DNA of 64,000 nt from Mytilus trossulus (taxonomy: Eukaryota): NCBI RefSeq assembly GCF_036588685.1, contig NC_086378.1, forward strand, positions 33,666,001 to 33,730,000, written 5' to 3'. The notes beneath the pieces were generated by a model, which did not search any database, was not told where the DNA came from, and was given only the letters and a program-made list of their open reading frames with translations. The position numbers were made by a program, and so were the translations under genes. Of this stretch, positions 1 through 16,215 are shown one piece after another. The number at the start of each line of letters is the position of its first letter. The stretch's first letter is position 1.

Positions 1-1470
1 TTGGCTTACGTTGTTTTATTCCGGGAGGTAACTCTGTACTGCCTTAAACTGTGTACACTTTCAATCCACTTTTTCATTCTAGGTCTGAAAAATATAATAA
101 TTCATATCAGACAGTAAATTTTTAAGAAAAAACTATTATTTCAATCGGAATAAAAATGACTGAAGGAGACAAAAAAAGTTCCAAAATGTTGAAAAGTTTT
201 CATTTTAAGATAGAATAGTATGATAAATAAATGATAAATGAAAATCACTTTAGACAGTCAAAATTATAAAGATAATTATTTGCTTTCTCTGAACAGACAT
301 TTTCATTCAATGACAATACACATTTCAACTTAATGGAATGGAATTTAGTTGGGGAAAAAATAAACCTCACAGACATATCTAGGAATACTGGTTATCTATT
401 TGTCTATTTGATGTATCCAGAAATTGGATACATCACAGGATTTTACATGCTTGCAGTTTTCTACCTGTCTTTCATAACTCAACATCATCTGTCAAAGCTG
501 TGCTTGCCATCCATCAACGATCTGCTGCAGGTACTTCAGATCATAAATGGGAGAATGTATGAATAAAACTGTTACTGTTATTACTATTAAAGATTTTTTT
601 TTCTAGGTATTACAGTGAAGAAAAGAGATGCCCCTGACTGCGGGTAAAACTTCTTATGTGTGCATCTTCCTTTCAATTTTATTTTTAAACGCCATTCTAT
701 ATTTATCCACAGTATGACGATGACAATTTCATCAGCCAATCCAATAAAAATGTTAATGCGCACACATGTACTTACTATTCTGAAGACTTCTTTTAGCCAG
801 AAAAGTTTATAATAAGTCTGAAAACCACTTTTTATCATATAAAAAAGCTTATAAGTGCAAGATATATGCTTACATGGACTTCCTACATTGAAATTTTGTG
901 GGGACTACTTGGACCCGTACCGAAATTATATTAATTTAAATAGAAATTTCATGATTTTGTTAACTAGCAGCAAGACAAGACTCTAAAGTGGACAAAATAT
1001 ATTACTACATACATGATAAAAAAATTCTTTACAATTCTGACTGAAAAAGAGCTCTAAATTTTTGATAAAAGTACCCTGTAATATCAGCTTTTCTAAAAGA
1101 AATATTCAAATTAATGAATTATACAAGATATTTAAACTCTAACTTAAAAAAAAAGGTTATATTTTGGCCAGTTGGTGGTTCTCTTTCTTTGGTCTAGACT
1201 ACTGGTGTAAATAATACATCAAAAGAAGACAAGACAAAACAAGCGAAGAAAAGAAAAGAACAGAAGTACAGATAGAAACATTTATATGTTGATCTTTTTT
1301 TATATAATGTACTATTTAATATTCTACACACAAGGACATACATGTACCATGATAAACAAACACCCCCCTTTTTTTTGTGATGAGACTTGTGTGTATATAT
1401 ATATCATAAAATTTATTTTTTGTCTATGTATTGCTTTGCATATAGATGGATTCAACAAGAAGAAATAAAA

Positions 1471-1484
1471 GAGAGAGAGAGAGA
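1471..1484. repeat. (GA)7 microsatellite downstream of H3 (one per unit)
   Basis: gagagagagagaga. Confidence 0.9.
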
Positions 1485-1606
1485 TGGGGAAAAGAGGGGT
1501 TCGGCTATGTTTCTAATTTTCATGTACAACAATTTATAGATTCTTTTTGAAAAATATTGGTGGCCCTGAAAAGGGCCGTTATGTTTTGGTGAAAAAATCA
1601 CACTTC

Positions 1607-2122
<516 letters not shown>

Positions 2123-3291
2123 TCACCACTTACATAAAGCTGGCGTTGATTGGTCCGCATATCTTAAATCTGATTGGACTGATTTGTAAGGGACTTTGAC
2201 AGTTTTCAATCCATTTTTTACTGAAAAACTGCTCAACCCAAGCTGACAGTAAAAATGCCCCCTTTTTTCATTCATAATTACAGTTTCTGATCATCCCTCA
2301 TAGCTCAACAATAGTAAATTAGTGTCACGGTTTCAATATGATAAATCTGAAGAAGAAAAATAATAATAATGAAAAAAGGTCAAAATACATGCAGAAACAT
2401 TAAGGAAAGGAACGAAAAATAAAAACAGGAAAAAATAAAAATAAAATGCAGTTATAACACAAACAAAGCGAAATAAAAATAAAAAAACAGAAACAAATGG
2501 AATTACACATTCCCGACATGACATTGTGCGGATCGGCTGAGTTTCTTTATTGTTGTATTATGTCATATTTATGTATATTTAATATAAAAAAAGAAGATGT
2601 GGTATGATTTTCATTTGGGCTGGGCACATTTGTCACATTGTCTGATTGTCGGTGTGCTTACATCAATTCCACATCTTTAATACACAAACAATAACTAAAT
2701 AAAGACAGAAAGACAGAGAGAGAGATGCTGAAAAAAATGGAAAAAGGAAAAGAATGGAAAGTACATATCATATATAAAAGTGTTGACGAAAGAGATAATG
2801 TTAACAAAAACTATAAATAATTATAATAATAAAAAAAAACCACACACCTTCTCAGATGAATCTAAGCATGCTCGCATCAATAACCAAGAGAGAGAAAGAA
2901 GAGAGCAGACTAGTATTAAATATAAATACTATCAGTGGTTTTTTTTCCCCCGACAAACATTATATGATTTAACTGAGCTACTTGTGGGTTCAAAGAGTCA
3001 GAAAGTACGACAATAAATGTTCTGATGAAGAAGACTGAAAAAGTTACTAGACTTAGTGTTATGCTATAAGAACTGTACTTAAATGGGATGCGTTAGAGAG
3101 AGAAGAAAAGAAGAATCACGGAAGAAGGGACATTTATATTTTAGACATTTTTTATTTGTTATGTAGTAGAATATATTTTTTTCAATTATGTATGGGGAAT
3201 AAAGTATTACTAAGATGTACAACAATTTTAGACTCTTTTTGAAAAATATTGGTGGCCCTGAAAAGGGCCGTTGTTAAGTGAGTAATCCGAT

Positions 3292-3391
3292 NNNNNNNNN
3301 NNNNNNNNNNNNNNNNNNNNNNNNNNNNNNNNNNNNNNNNNNNNNNNNNNNNNNNNNNNNNNNNNNNNNNNNNNNNNNNNNNNNNNNNNNN
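3292..3391. other. Assembly gap (100 N) replacing the H2A gene and H2A/H2B promoter of the first unit
   Basis: Run of 100 N. The flanks correspond to the H2A 3' UTR and the H2B 5' UTR, so about 614 bp is missing relative to intact units. Confidence 0.98.
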
Positions 3392-3442
3392 AAATTGAAA
3401 ATAATTTTTCACCATTACTTATTTGATTATCAAACCAGTAAC

Positions 3443-3817
3443 ATGCCACCCAAAGTAGGAACTAAAGGAGCCAAGAAGGCCGTCACCAAGGCAAAGACTG
3501 CCAGACCCGGCGGTGATAAGAAAAGGAGGAGGAAGAGACGTGAATCCTATGCTATCTACATCTACAAAGTCTTGAGACAAGTTCACCCCGACACCGGAGT
3601 GTCCTCAAAGGCAATGTCCATCATGAACAGCTTCGTCAACGATATCTTCGAGAGAATCGCAGCAGAGGCTTCCCGATTGGCACACTACAACAAAAGATCT
3701 ACCATCACATCCCGGGAGATCCAGACCGCTGTCCGTCTTCTCTTACCCGGAGAATTGGCCAAGCACGCTGTCAGTGAAGGTACCAAAGCCGTCACTAAAT
3801 ACACCAGCAGCAAGTAA
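3443..3817 (+). CDS. H2B: Histone H2B
   Basis: MPPKVGTK...KYTSSK, 124 aa; true ATG at 3443. Confidence 0.98.
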   Translation: MPPKVGTKGAKKAVTKAKTARPGGDKKRRRKRRESYAIYIYKVLRQVHPDTGVSSKAMSIMNSFVNDIFERIAAEASRLAHYNKRSTITSREIQTAVRLLLPGELAKHAVSEGTKAVTKYTSSK

Positions 3818-4429
3818 ACAGTCTGAAGTTTATAACTTCACAAACGGCCCTTTTCAGGGCCACCAACATTTTTCAAAAAGAATTTACATTTGTTGTACAT
3901 CAATGTCAAACTTCTAAACAAAGCTATAAATCCCAACCCCAGCTATAACCACTTTCAAACTATTTCAATAGTATATGGTTACTTTTCTCTTCTTTCTATC
4001 TGTATAACAAATATACGTGTATTTCACTCATTCTGTAGCATTTAATTTGTCTGTCAAAACTACAAAGCGTAAATACATAAATCATGAAGAACAAAACAGT
4101 GCTTTCATTCCAATTAATAGAGTTGATAAATTTACGATTTCTTTTGCTTTTCGAGAGAAAAAAAATATTGCGAGAATTATTTTACACGGAAACAAGAACA
4201 TTACCTAATCTTAAACCACGCAAAAAAAACCTCTATAATTGAATATAACAGAATCTACAGATTTTGTGTGTAAAAGTCCGTGCATTTTGTTTTGAAATTT
4301 TCTCTCTTCATGTAGGCAAATGCACGGACTTGATCTTTGAACGTATTCATAAACCTTCAGAAATATAAATTCTCAAATAAATACAAGAGTAAGAGTAAGG
4401 AAGTTAATTAAAAAGAAAGCCAGATATTT

Positions 4430-4456
4430 AAAAAAAAAAAGGGGGGGGGGGGGGGG
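4430..4456. repeat. A11-G16 homopolymer tract (one per unit)
   Basis: Directly visible; G length 14-18 across copies. Confidence 0.95.
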
Positions 4457-4670
4457 TATAACGAGAGAGAGAAAATAGTTGCGGATCAGGATCAGGGAAA
4501 ACAAGAAAAACGGTTGAAAAATTCATGAACATTAGAGAAAAGAATAGAAGTGGGAGCAAGCTTTGATTTCAAGATTTTGTTTAAAACGATGTACAACAAA
4601 TCTAAGATTCTTTTTGAAAAATGTTGGTGGCCCTGAAAAGGGCCGTTGTTGATATTAGCTGGGTGGCTGT

Positions 4671-4988
<318 letters not shown>

Positions 4989-6660
4989 CTATTTGTGGTG
5001 ATTAGTTAAATAATACTTTCCGTCTAACAGCGACTCTTTATATATCACCAACGCGGCCGTAAAAGAAGTATCACACATTTTCAGTTAACTGTTGTCTGAT
5101 TGGCTTACGTTGTTTTATTCCGGGAGGTAACTCTGTACTGCCTTAAACTGTGTACACTTTCAATCCACTTTTTCATTCTAGGTCTGAAAAATATAATAAT
5201 TCATATCAGACAGTAAATTTTTAAGAAAAAACTATTATTTCAATCGGAATAAAAATGACTGAAGGAGACAAAAAAAGTTCCAAAATGTTGAAAAGTTTTC
5301 ATTTTAAGATAGAATAGTATGATAAATAAATGATAAATGAAAATCACTTTAGACAGTCAAAATTATAAAGATAATTATTTGCTTTCTCTGAACAGACATT
5401 TTCATTCAATGACAATACACATTTCAACTTAATGGAATGGAATTTAGTTGGGGAAAAAATAAACCTCACAGACATATCTAGGAATACTGGTTATCTATTT
5501 GTCTATTTGATGTATCCAGAAATTGGATACATCACAGGATTTTACATGCTTGCAGTTTTCTACCTGTCTTTCATAACTCAACATCATCTGTCAAAGCTGT
5601 GCTTGCCATCCATCAACGATCTGCTGCAGGTACTTCAGATCATAAATGGGAGAATGTATGAATAAAACTGTTACTGTTATTACTATTAAAGATTTTTTTT
5701 TCTAGGTATTACAGTGAAGAAAAGAGATGCCCCTGACTGCGGGTAAAACTTCTTATGTGTGCATCTTCCTTTCAATTTTATTTTTAAACGCCATTCTATA
5801 TTTATCCACAGTATGACGATGACAATTTCATCAGCCAATCCAATAAAAATGTTAATGCGCACACATGTACTTACTATTCTGAAGACTTCTTTTAGCCAGA
5901 AAAGTTTATAATAAGTCTGAAAACCACTTTTTATCATATAAAAAAGCTTATAAGTGCAAGATATATGCTTACATGGACTTCCTACATTGAAATTTTGTGG
6001 GGACTACTTGGACCCGTACCGAAATTATATTAATTTAAATAGAAATTTCATGATTTTGTTAACTAGCAGCAAGACAAGACTCTAAAGTGGACAAAATATA
6101 TTACTACATACATGATAAAAAAATTCTTTACAATTCTGACTGAAAAAGAGCTCTAAATTTTTGATAAAAGTACCCTGTAATATCAGCTTTTCTAAAAGAA
6201 ATATTCAAATTAATGAATTATACAAGATATTTAAACTCTAACTTAAAAAAAAAGGTTATATTTTGGCCAGTTGGTGGTTCTCTTTCTTTGGTCTAGACTA
6301 CTGGTGTAAATAATACATCAAAAGAAGACAAGACAAAACAAGCGAAGAAAAGAAAAGAACAGAAGTACAGATAGAAACATTTATATGTTGATCTTTTTTT
6401 ATATAATGTACTATTTAATATTCTACACACAAGGACATACATGTACCATGATAAACAAACACCCCCCTTTTTTTTGTGATGAGACTTGTGTGTATATATA
6501 TATCATAAAATTTATTTTTTGTCTATGTATTGCTTTGCATATAGATGGATTCAACAAGAAGAAATAAAAGAGAGAGAGAGAGATGGGGAAAAGAGGGGTT
6601 CGGCTATGTTTCTAATTTTCATGTACAACAATTTATAGATTCTTTTTGAAAAATATTGGT

Positions 6661-6676
6661 GGCCCTGAAAAGGGCC
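6661..6676 (-). terminator. Histone 3' stem-loop (SLBP site) of H3; representative copy
   Basis: GGCCCTTTTCAGGGCC followed by ACCAA and purine-rich CAAAAAGA (HDE-like). Confidence 0.97.
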
Positions 6677-6705
6677 GTTATGTTTTGGTGAAAAAATCAC
6701 ACTTC

Positions 6706-7221
<516 letters not shown>

Positions 7222-8353
7222 TCACCACTTACATAAAGCTGGCGTTGATTGGTCCGCATATCTTAAATCTGATTGGACTGATTTGTAAGGGACTTTGACA
7301 GTTTTCAATCCATTTTTTACTGAAAAACTGCTCAACCCAAGCTGACAGTAAAAATGCCCCCTTTTTTCATTCATAATTACAGTTTCTGATCATCCCTCAT
7401 AGCTCAACAATAGTAAATTAGTGTCACGGTTTCAATATGATAAATCTGAAGAAGAAAAATAATAATAATGAAAAAAGGTCAAAATACATGCAGAAACATT
7501 AAGGAAAGGAACGAAAAATAAAAACAGGAAAAAATAAAAATAAAATGCAGTTATAACACAAACAAAGCGAAATAAAAATAAAAAAACAGAAACAAATGGA
7601 ATTACACATTCCCGACATGACATTGTGCGGATCGGCTGAGTTTCTTTATTGTTGTATTATGTCATATTTATGTATATTTAATATAAAAAAAGAAGATGTG
7701 GTATGATTTTCATTTGGGCTGGGCACATTTGTCACATTGTCTGATTGTCGGTGTGCTTACATCAATTCCACATCTTTAATACACAAACAATAACTAAATA
7801 AAGACAGAAAGACAGAGAGAGAGATGCTGAAAAAAATGGAAAAAGGAAAAGAATGGAAAGTACATATCATATATAAAAGTGTTGACGAAAGAGATAATGT
7901 TAACAAAAACTATAAATAATTATAATAATAAAAAAAAACCACACACCTTCTCAGATGAATCTAAGCATGCTCGCATCAATAACCAAGAGAGAGAAAGAAG
8001 AGAGCAGACTAGTATTAAATATAAATACTATCAGTGGTTTTTTTTCCCCCCGACAAACATTATATGATTTAACTGAGCTACTTGTGGGTTCAAAGAGTCA
8101 GAAAGTACGACAATAAATGTTCTGATGAAGAAGACTGAAAAAGTTACTAGACTTAGTGTTATGCTATAAGAACTGTACTTAAATGGGATGCGTTAGAGAG
8201 AGAAGAAAAGAAGAATCACGGAAGAAGGGACATTTATATTTTAGACATTTTTTATTTGTTATGTAGTAGAATATATTTTTTTCAATTATGTATGGGGAAT
8301 AAAGTATTACTAAGATGTACAACAATTTTAGACTCTTTTTGAAAAATATTGGT

Positions 8354-8369
8354 GGCCCTGAAAAGGGCC
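8354..8369 (-). terminator. Histone 3' stem-loop of H2A; representative copy
   Basis: GGCCCTTTTCAGGGCC, ACCAA, CAAAAAGAG. Confidence 0.97.
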
Positions 8370-8402
8370 GTTGTTAAGTGAGTAATCCGATATATCCACT
8401 TT

Positions 8403-9056
<654 letters not shown>

Positions 9057-9431
9057 ATGCCACCCAAAGTAGGAACTAAAGGAGCCAAGAAGGCCGTCAC
9101 CAAGGCAAAGACTGCCAGACCCGGCGGTGATAAGAAAAGGAGGAGGAAGAGACGTGAATCCTATGCTATCTACATCTACAAAGTCTTGAGACAAGTTCAC
9201 CCCGACACCGGAGTGTCCTCAAAGGCAATGTCCATCATGAACAGCTTCGTCAACGATATCTTCGAGAGAATCGCAGCAGAGGCTTCCCGATTGGCACACT
9301 ACAACAAAAGATCTACCATCACATCCCGGGAGATCCAGACCGCTGTCCGTCTTCTCTTACCCGGAGAATTGGCCAAGCACGCTGTCAGTGAAGGTACCAA
9401 AGCCGTCACTAAATACACCAGCAGCAAGTAA
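9057..9431 (+). CDS. H2B: Histone H2B
   Basis: ATG at 9057; the ORF-track TTG start at 9009 is 5' UTR. Confidence 0.98.
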   Translation: MPPKVGTKGAKKAVTKAKTARPGGDKKRRRKRRESYAIYIYKVLRQVHPDTGVSSKAMSIMNSFVNDIFERIAAEASRLAHYNKRSTITSREIQTAVRLLLPGELAKHAVSEGTKAVTKYTSSK

Positions 9432-9459
9432 ACAGTCTGAAGTTTATAACTTCACAAAC

Positions 9460-9475
9460 GGCCCTTTTCAGGGCC
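9460..9475 (+). terminator. Histone 3' stem-loop of H2B; representative copy
   Basis: GGCCCTTTTCAGGGCC, ACCAA, CAAAAAGAA. Confidence 0.97.
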
Positions 9476-10241
9476 ACCAACATTTTTCAAAAAGAATTTA
9501 CATTTGTTGTACATCAATGTCAAACTTCTAAACAAAGCTATAAATCCCAACCCCAGCTATAACCACTTTCAAACTATTTCAATAGTATATGGTTACTTTT
9601 CTCTTCTTTCTATCTGTATAACAAATATACGTGTATTTCACTCATTCTGTAGCATTTAATTTGTCTGTCAAAACTACAAAGCGTAAATACATAAATCATG
9701 AAGAACAAAACAGTGCTTTCATTCCAATTAATAGAGTTGATAAATTTACGATTTCTTTTGCTTTTCGAGAGAAAAAAAATATTGCGAGAATTATTTTACA
9801 CGGAAACAAGAACATTACCTAATCTTAAACCACGCAAAAAAAACCTCTATAATTGAATATAACAGAATCTACAGATTTTGTGTGTAAAAGTCCGTGCATT
9901 TTGTTTTGAAATTTTCTCTCTTCATGTAGGCAAATGCACGGACTTGATCTTTGAACGTATTCATAAACCTTCAGAAATATAAATTCTCAAATAAATACAA
10001 GAGTAAGAGTAAGGAAGTTAATTAAAAAGAAAGCCAGATATTTAAAAAAAAAAAGGGGGGGGGGGGGGGTATAACGAGAGAGAGAAAATAGTTGCGGATC
10101 AGGATCAGGGAAAACAAGAAAAACGGTTGAAAAATTCATGAACATTAGAGAAAAGAATAGAAGTGGGAGCAAGCTTTGATTTCAAGATTTTGTTTAAAAC
10201 GATGTACAACAAATCTAAGATTCTTTTTGAAAAATGTTGGT

Positions 10242-10257
10242 GGCCCTGAAAAGGGCC
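10242..10257 (-). terminator. Histone 3' stem-loop of H4; representative copy
   Basis: GGCCCTTTTCAGGGCC, ACCAA, CAAAAAGAA. Confidence 0.97.
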
Positions 10258-10283
10258 GTTGTTGATATTAGCTGGGTGGCTGT

Positions 10284-10601
<318 letters not shown>

Positions 10602-12318
10602 CTATTTGTGGTGATTAGTTAAATAATACTTTCCGTCTAACAGCGACTCTTTATATATCACCAACGCGGCCGTAAAAGAAGTATCACACATTTTCAGTTA
10701 ACTGTTGTCTGATTGGCTTACGTTGTTTTATTCCGGGAGGTAACTCTGTACTGCCTTAAACTGTGTACACTTTCAATCCACTTTTTCATTCTAGGTCTGA
10801 AAAATATAATAATTCATATCAGACAGTAAATTTTTAAGAAAAAACTATTATTTCAATCGGAATAAAAATGACTGAAGGAGACAAAAAAAGTTCCAAAATG
10901 TTGAAAAGTTTTCATTTTAAGATAGAATAGTATGATAAATAAATGATAAATGAAAATCACTTTAGACAGTCAAAATTATAAAGATAATTATTTGCTTTCT
11001 CTGAACAGACATTTTCATTCAATGACAATACACATTTCAACTTAATGGAATGGAATTTAGTTGGGGAAAAAATAAACCTCACAGACATATCTAGGAATAC
11101 TGGTTATCTATTTGTCTATTTGATGTATCCAGAAATTGGATACATCACAGGATTTTACATGCTTGCAGTTTTCTACCTGTCTTTCATAACTCAACATCAT
11201 CTGTCAAAGCTGTGCTTGCCATCCATCAACGATCTGCTGCAGGTACTTCAGATCATAAATGGGAGAATGTATGAATAAAACTGTTACTGTTATTACTATT
11301 AAAGATTTTTTTTTCTAGGTATTACAGTGAAGAAAAGAGATGCCCCTGACTGCGGGTAAAACTTCTTATGTGTGCATCTTCCTTTCAATTTTATTTTTAA
11401 ACGCCATTCTATATTTATCCACAGTATGACGATGACAATTTCATCAGCCAATCCAATAAAAATGTTAATGCGCACACATGTACTTACTATTCTGAAGACT
11501 TCTTTTAGCCAGAAAAGTTTATAATAAGTCTGAAAACCACTTTTTATCATATAAAAAAGCTTATAAGTGCAAGATATATGCTTACATGGACTTCCTACAT
11601 TGAAATTTTGTGGGGACTACTTGGACCCGTACCGAAATTATATTAATTTAAATAGAAATTTCATGATTTTGTTAACTAGCAGCAAGACAAGACTCTAAAG
11701 TGGACAAAATATATTACTACATACATGATAAAAAAATTCTTTACAATTCTGACTGAAAAAGAGCTCTAAATTTTTGATAAAAGTACCCTGTAATATCAGC
11801 TTTTCTAAAAGAAATATTCAAATTAATGAATTATACAAGATATTTAAACTCTAACTTAAAAAAAAAGGTTATATTTTGGCCAGTTGGTGGTTCTCTTTCT
11901 TTGGTCTAGACTACTGGTGTAAATAATACATCAAAAGAAGACAAGACAAAACAAGCGAAGAAAAGAAAAGAACAGAAGTACAGATAGAAACATTTATATG
12001 TTGATCTTTTTTTATATAATGTACTATTTAATATTCTACACACAAGGACATACATGTACCATGATAAACAAACACCCCCCTTTTTTTTGTGATGAGACTT
12101 GTGTGTATATATATATCATAAAATTTATTTTTTGTCTATGTATTGCTTTGCATATAGATGGATTCAACAAGAAGAAATAAAAGAGAGAGAGAGAGATGGG
12201 GAAAAGAGGGGTTCGGCTATGTTTCTAATTTTCATGTACAACAATTTATAGATTCTTTTTGAAAAATATTGGTGGCCCTGAAAAGGGCCGTTATGTTTTG
12301 GTGAAAAAATCACACTTC

Positions 12319-12834
<516 letters not shown>

Positions 12835-14015
12835 TCACCACTTACATAAAGCTGGCGTTGATTGGTCCGCATATCTTAAATCTGATTGGACTGATTTGTA
12901 AGGGACTTTGACAGTTTTCAATCCATTTTTTACTGAAAAACTGCTCAACCCAAGCTGACAGTAAAAATGCCCCCTTTTTTCATTCATAATTACAGTTTCT
13001 GATCATCCCTCATAGCTCAACAATAGTAAATTAGTGTCACGGTTTCAATATGATAAATCTGAAGAAGAAAAATAATAATAATGAAAAAAGGTCAAAATAC
13101 ATGCAGAAACATTAAGGAAAGGAACGAAAAATAAAAACAGGAAAAAATAAAAATAAAATGCAGTTATAACACAAACAAAGCGAAATAAAAATAAAAAAAC
13201 AGAAACAAATGGAATTACACATTCCCGACATGACATTGTGCGGATCGGCTGAGTTTCTTTATTGTTGTATTATGTCATATTTATGTATATTTAATATAAA
13301 AAAAGAAGATGTGGTATGATTTTCATTTGGGCTGGGCACATTTGTCACATTGTCTGATTGTCGGTGTGCTTACATCAATTCCACATCTTTAATACACAAA
13401 CAATAACTAAATAAAGACAGAAAGACAGAGAGAGAGATGCTGAAAAAAATGGAAAAAGGAAAAGAATGGAAAGTACATATCATATATAAAAGTGTTGACG
13501 AAAGAGATAATGTTAACAAAAACTATAAATAATTATAATAATAAAAAAAAACCACACACCTTCTCAGATGAATCTAAGCATGCTCGCATCAATAACCAAG
13601 AGAGAGAAAGAAGAGAGCAGACTAGTATTAAATATAAATACTATCAGTGGTTTTTTTTCCCCCCGACAAACATTATATGATTTAACTGAGCTACTTGTGG
13701 GTTCAAAGAGTCAGAAAGTACGACAATAAATGTTCTGATGAAGAAGACTGAAAAAGTTACTAGACTTAGTGTTATGCTATAAGAACTGTACTTAAATGGG
13801 ATGCGTTAGAGAGAGAAGAAAAGAAGAATCACGGAAGAAGGGACATTTATATTTTAGACATTTTTTATTTGTTATGTAGTAGAATATATTTTTTTCAATT
13901 ATGTATGGGGAATAAAGTATTACTAAGATGTACAACAATTTTAGACTCTTTTTGAAAAATATTGGTGGCCCTGAAAAGGGCCGTTGTTAAGTGAGTAATC
14001 CGATATATCCACTTT

Positions 14016-14399
<384 letters not shown>

Positions 14400-14669
14400 C
14401 TATTTGGTTGATCGACACTGAGTAAAGTGATACAATTTTTCTTCAAAATTTAGCTTATATACCCACTAAACGGATTGAACGATGTTTTTATTATACACCA
14501 ATCAGAACGAAGCTCTCTGCGAGCAGTTAGGCTACCGAACATTCAACATGTTATGGGTGCTCTCTCCGAGGTTCGCGTTTAATAAAATCTTTCAATCCGT
14601 TTTGCCCAGTATATAAACAAATTGAAAATAATTTTTCACCATTACTTATTTGATTATCAAACCAGTAAC

Positions 14670-15044
14670 ATGCCACCCAAAGTAGGAACTAAAGGAGCCA
14701 AGAAGGCCGTCACCAAGGCAAAGACTGCCAGACCCGGCGGTGATAAGAAAAGGAGGAGGAAGAGACGTGAATCCTATGCTATCTACATCTACAAAGTCTT
14801 GAGACAAGTTCACCCCGACACCGGAGTGTCCTCAAAGGCAATGTCCATCATGAACAGCTTCGTCAACGATATCTTCGAGAGAATCGCAGCAGAGGCTTCC
14901 CGATTGGCACACTACAACAAAAGATCTACCATCACATCCCGGGAGATCCAGACCGCTGTCCGTCTTCTCTTACCCGGAGAATTGGCCAAGCACGCTGTCA
15001 GTGAAGGTACCAAAGCCGTCACTAAATACACCAGCAGCAAGTAA
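14670..15044 (+). CDS. H2B: Histone H2B
   Basis: Identical H2B ORF. Confidence 0.98.
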   Translation: MPPKVGTKGAKKAVTKAKTARPGGDKKRRRKRRESYAIYIYKVLRQVHPDTGVSSKAMSIMNSFVNDIFERIAAEASRLAHYNKRSTITSREIQTAVRLLLPGELAKHAVSEGTKAVTKYTSSK

Positions 15045-15897
15045 ACAGTCTGAAGTTTATAACTTCACAAACGGCCCTTTTCAGGGCCACCAACATTTTT
15101 CAAAAAGAATTTACATTTGTTGTACATCAATGTCAAACTTCTAAACAAAGCTATAAATCCCAACCCCAGCTATAACCACTTTCAAACTATTTCAATAGTA
15201 TATGGTTACTTTTCTCTTCTTTCTATCTGTATAACAAATATACGTGTATTTCACTCATTCTGTAGCATTTAATTTGTCTGTCAAAACTACAAAGCGTAAA
15301 TACATAAATCATGAAGAACAAAACAGTGCTTTCATTCCAATTAATAGAGTTGATAAATTTACGATTTCTTTTGCTTTTCGAGAGAAAAAAAATATTGCGA
15401 GAATTATTTTACACGGAAACAAGAACATTACCTAATCTTAAACCACGCAAAAAAAACCTCTATAATTGAATATAACAGAATCTACAGATTTTGTGTGTAA
15501 AAGTCCGTGCATTTTGTTTTGAAATTTTCTCTCTTCATGTAGGCAAATGCACGGACTTGATCTTTGAACGTATTCATAAACCTTCAGAAATATAAATTCT
15601 CAAATAAATACAAGAGTAAGAGTAAGGAAGTTAATTAAAAAGAAAGCCAGATATTTAAAAAAAAAAAGGGGGGGGGGGGGGGTATAACGAGAGAGAGAAA
15701 ATAGTTGCGGATCAGGATCAGGAGAAAACAAGAAAAACGGTTGAAAAATTCATGAACATTAGAGAAAAGAATAGAAGTGGGAGCAAGCTTTGATTTCAAG
15801 ATTTTGTTTAAAACGATGTACAACAAATCTAAGATTCTTTTTGAAAAATGTTGGTGGCCCTGAAAAGGGCCGTTGTTGATATTAGCTGGGTGGCTGT

Positions 15898-16215
<318 letters not shown>

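Noticed and set aside
895-925. GACTACTTGGA, resembling part of the 5S rRNA internal promoter
   Set aside because: Only a short partial match; the rest of the ~120-nt 5S sequence is not recognisable on either strand.
333-1468. Unspliced spacer ORFs of 60-83 aa (also at 2333, 2780 and 4017)
   Set aside because: Low-complexity translations of AT-rich DNA with no recognisable domain; some are broken by indels in individual copies.
2968-3000. tRNA/SINE-like boxes (TAGCTCAGTT on -, GGTTCAAA on +)
   Set aside because: The A-like and B-like boxes are on opposite strands, the B box is imperfect, and there is no cloverleaf.
3182-3449. Unit apparently lacking H2A; ORFs containing X runs
   Set aside because: Artefact of the 100-N gap, not evidence of a deletion.
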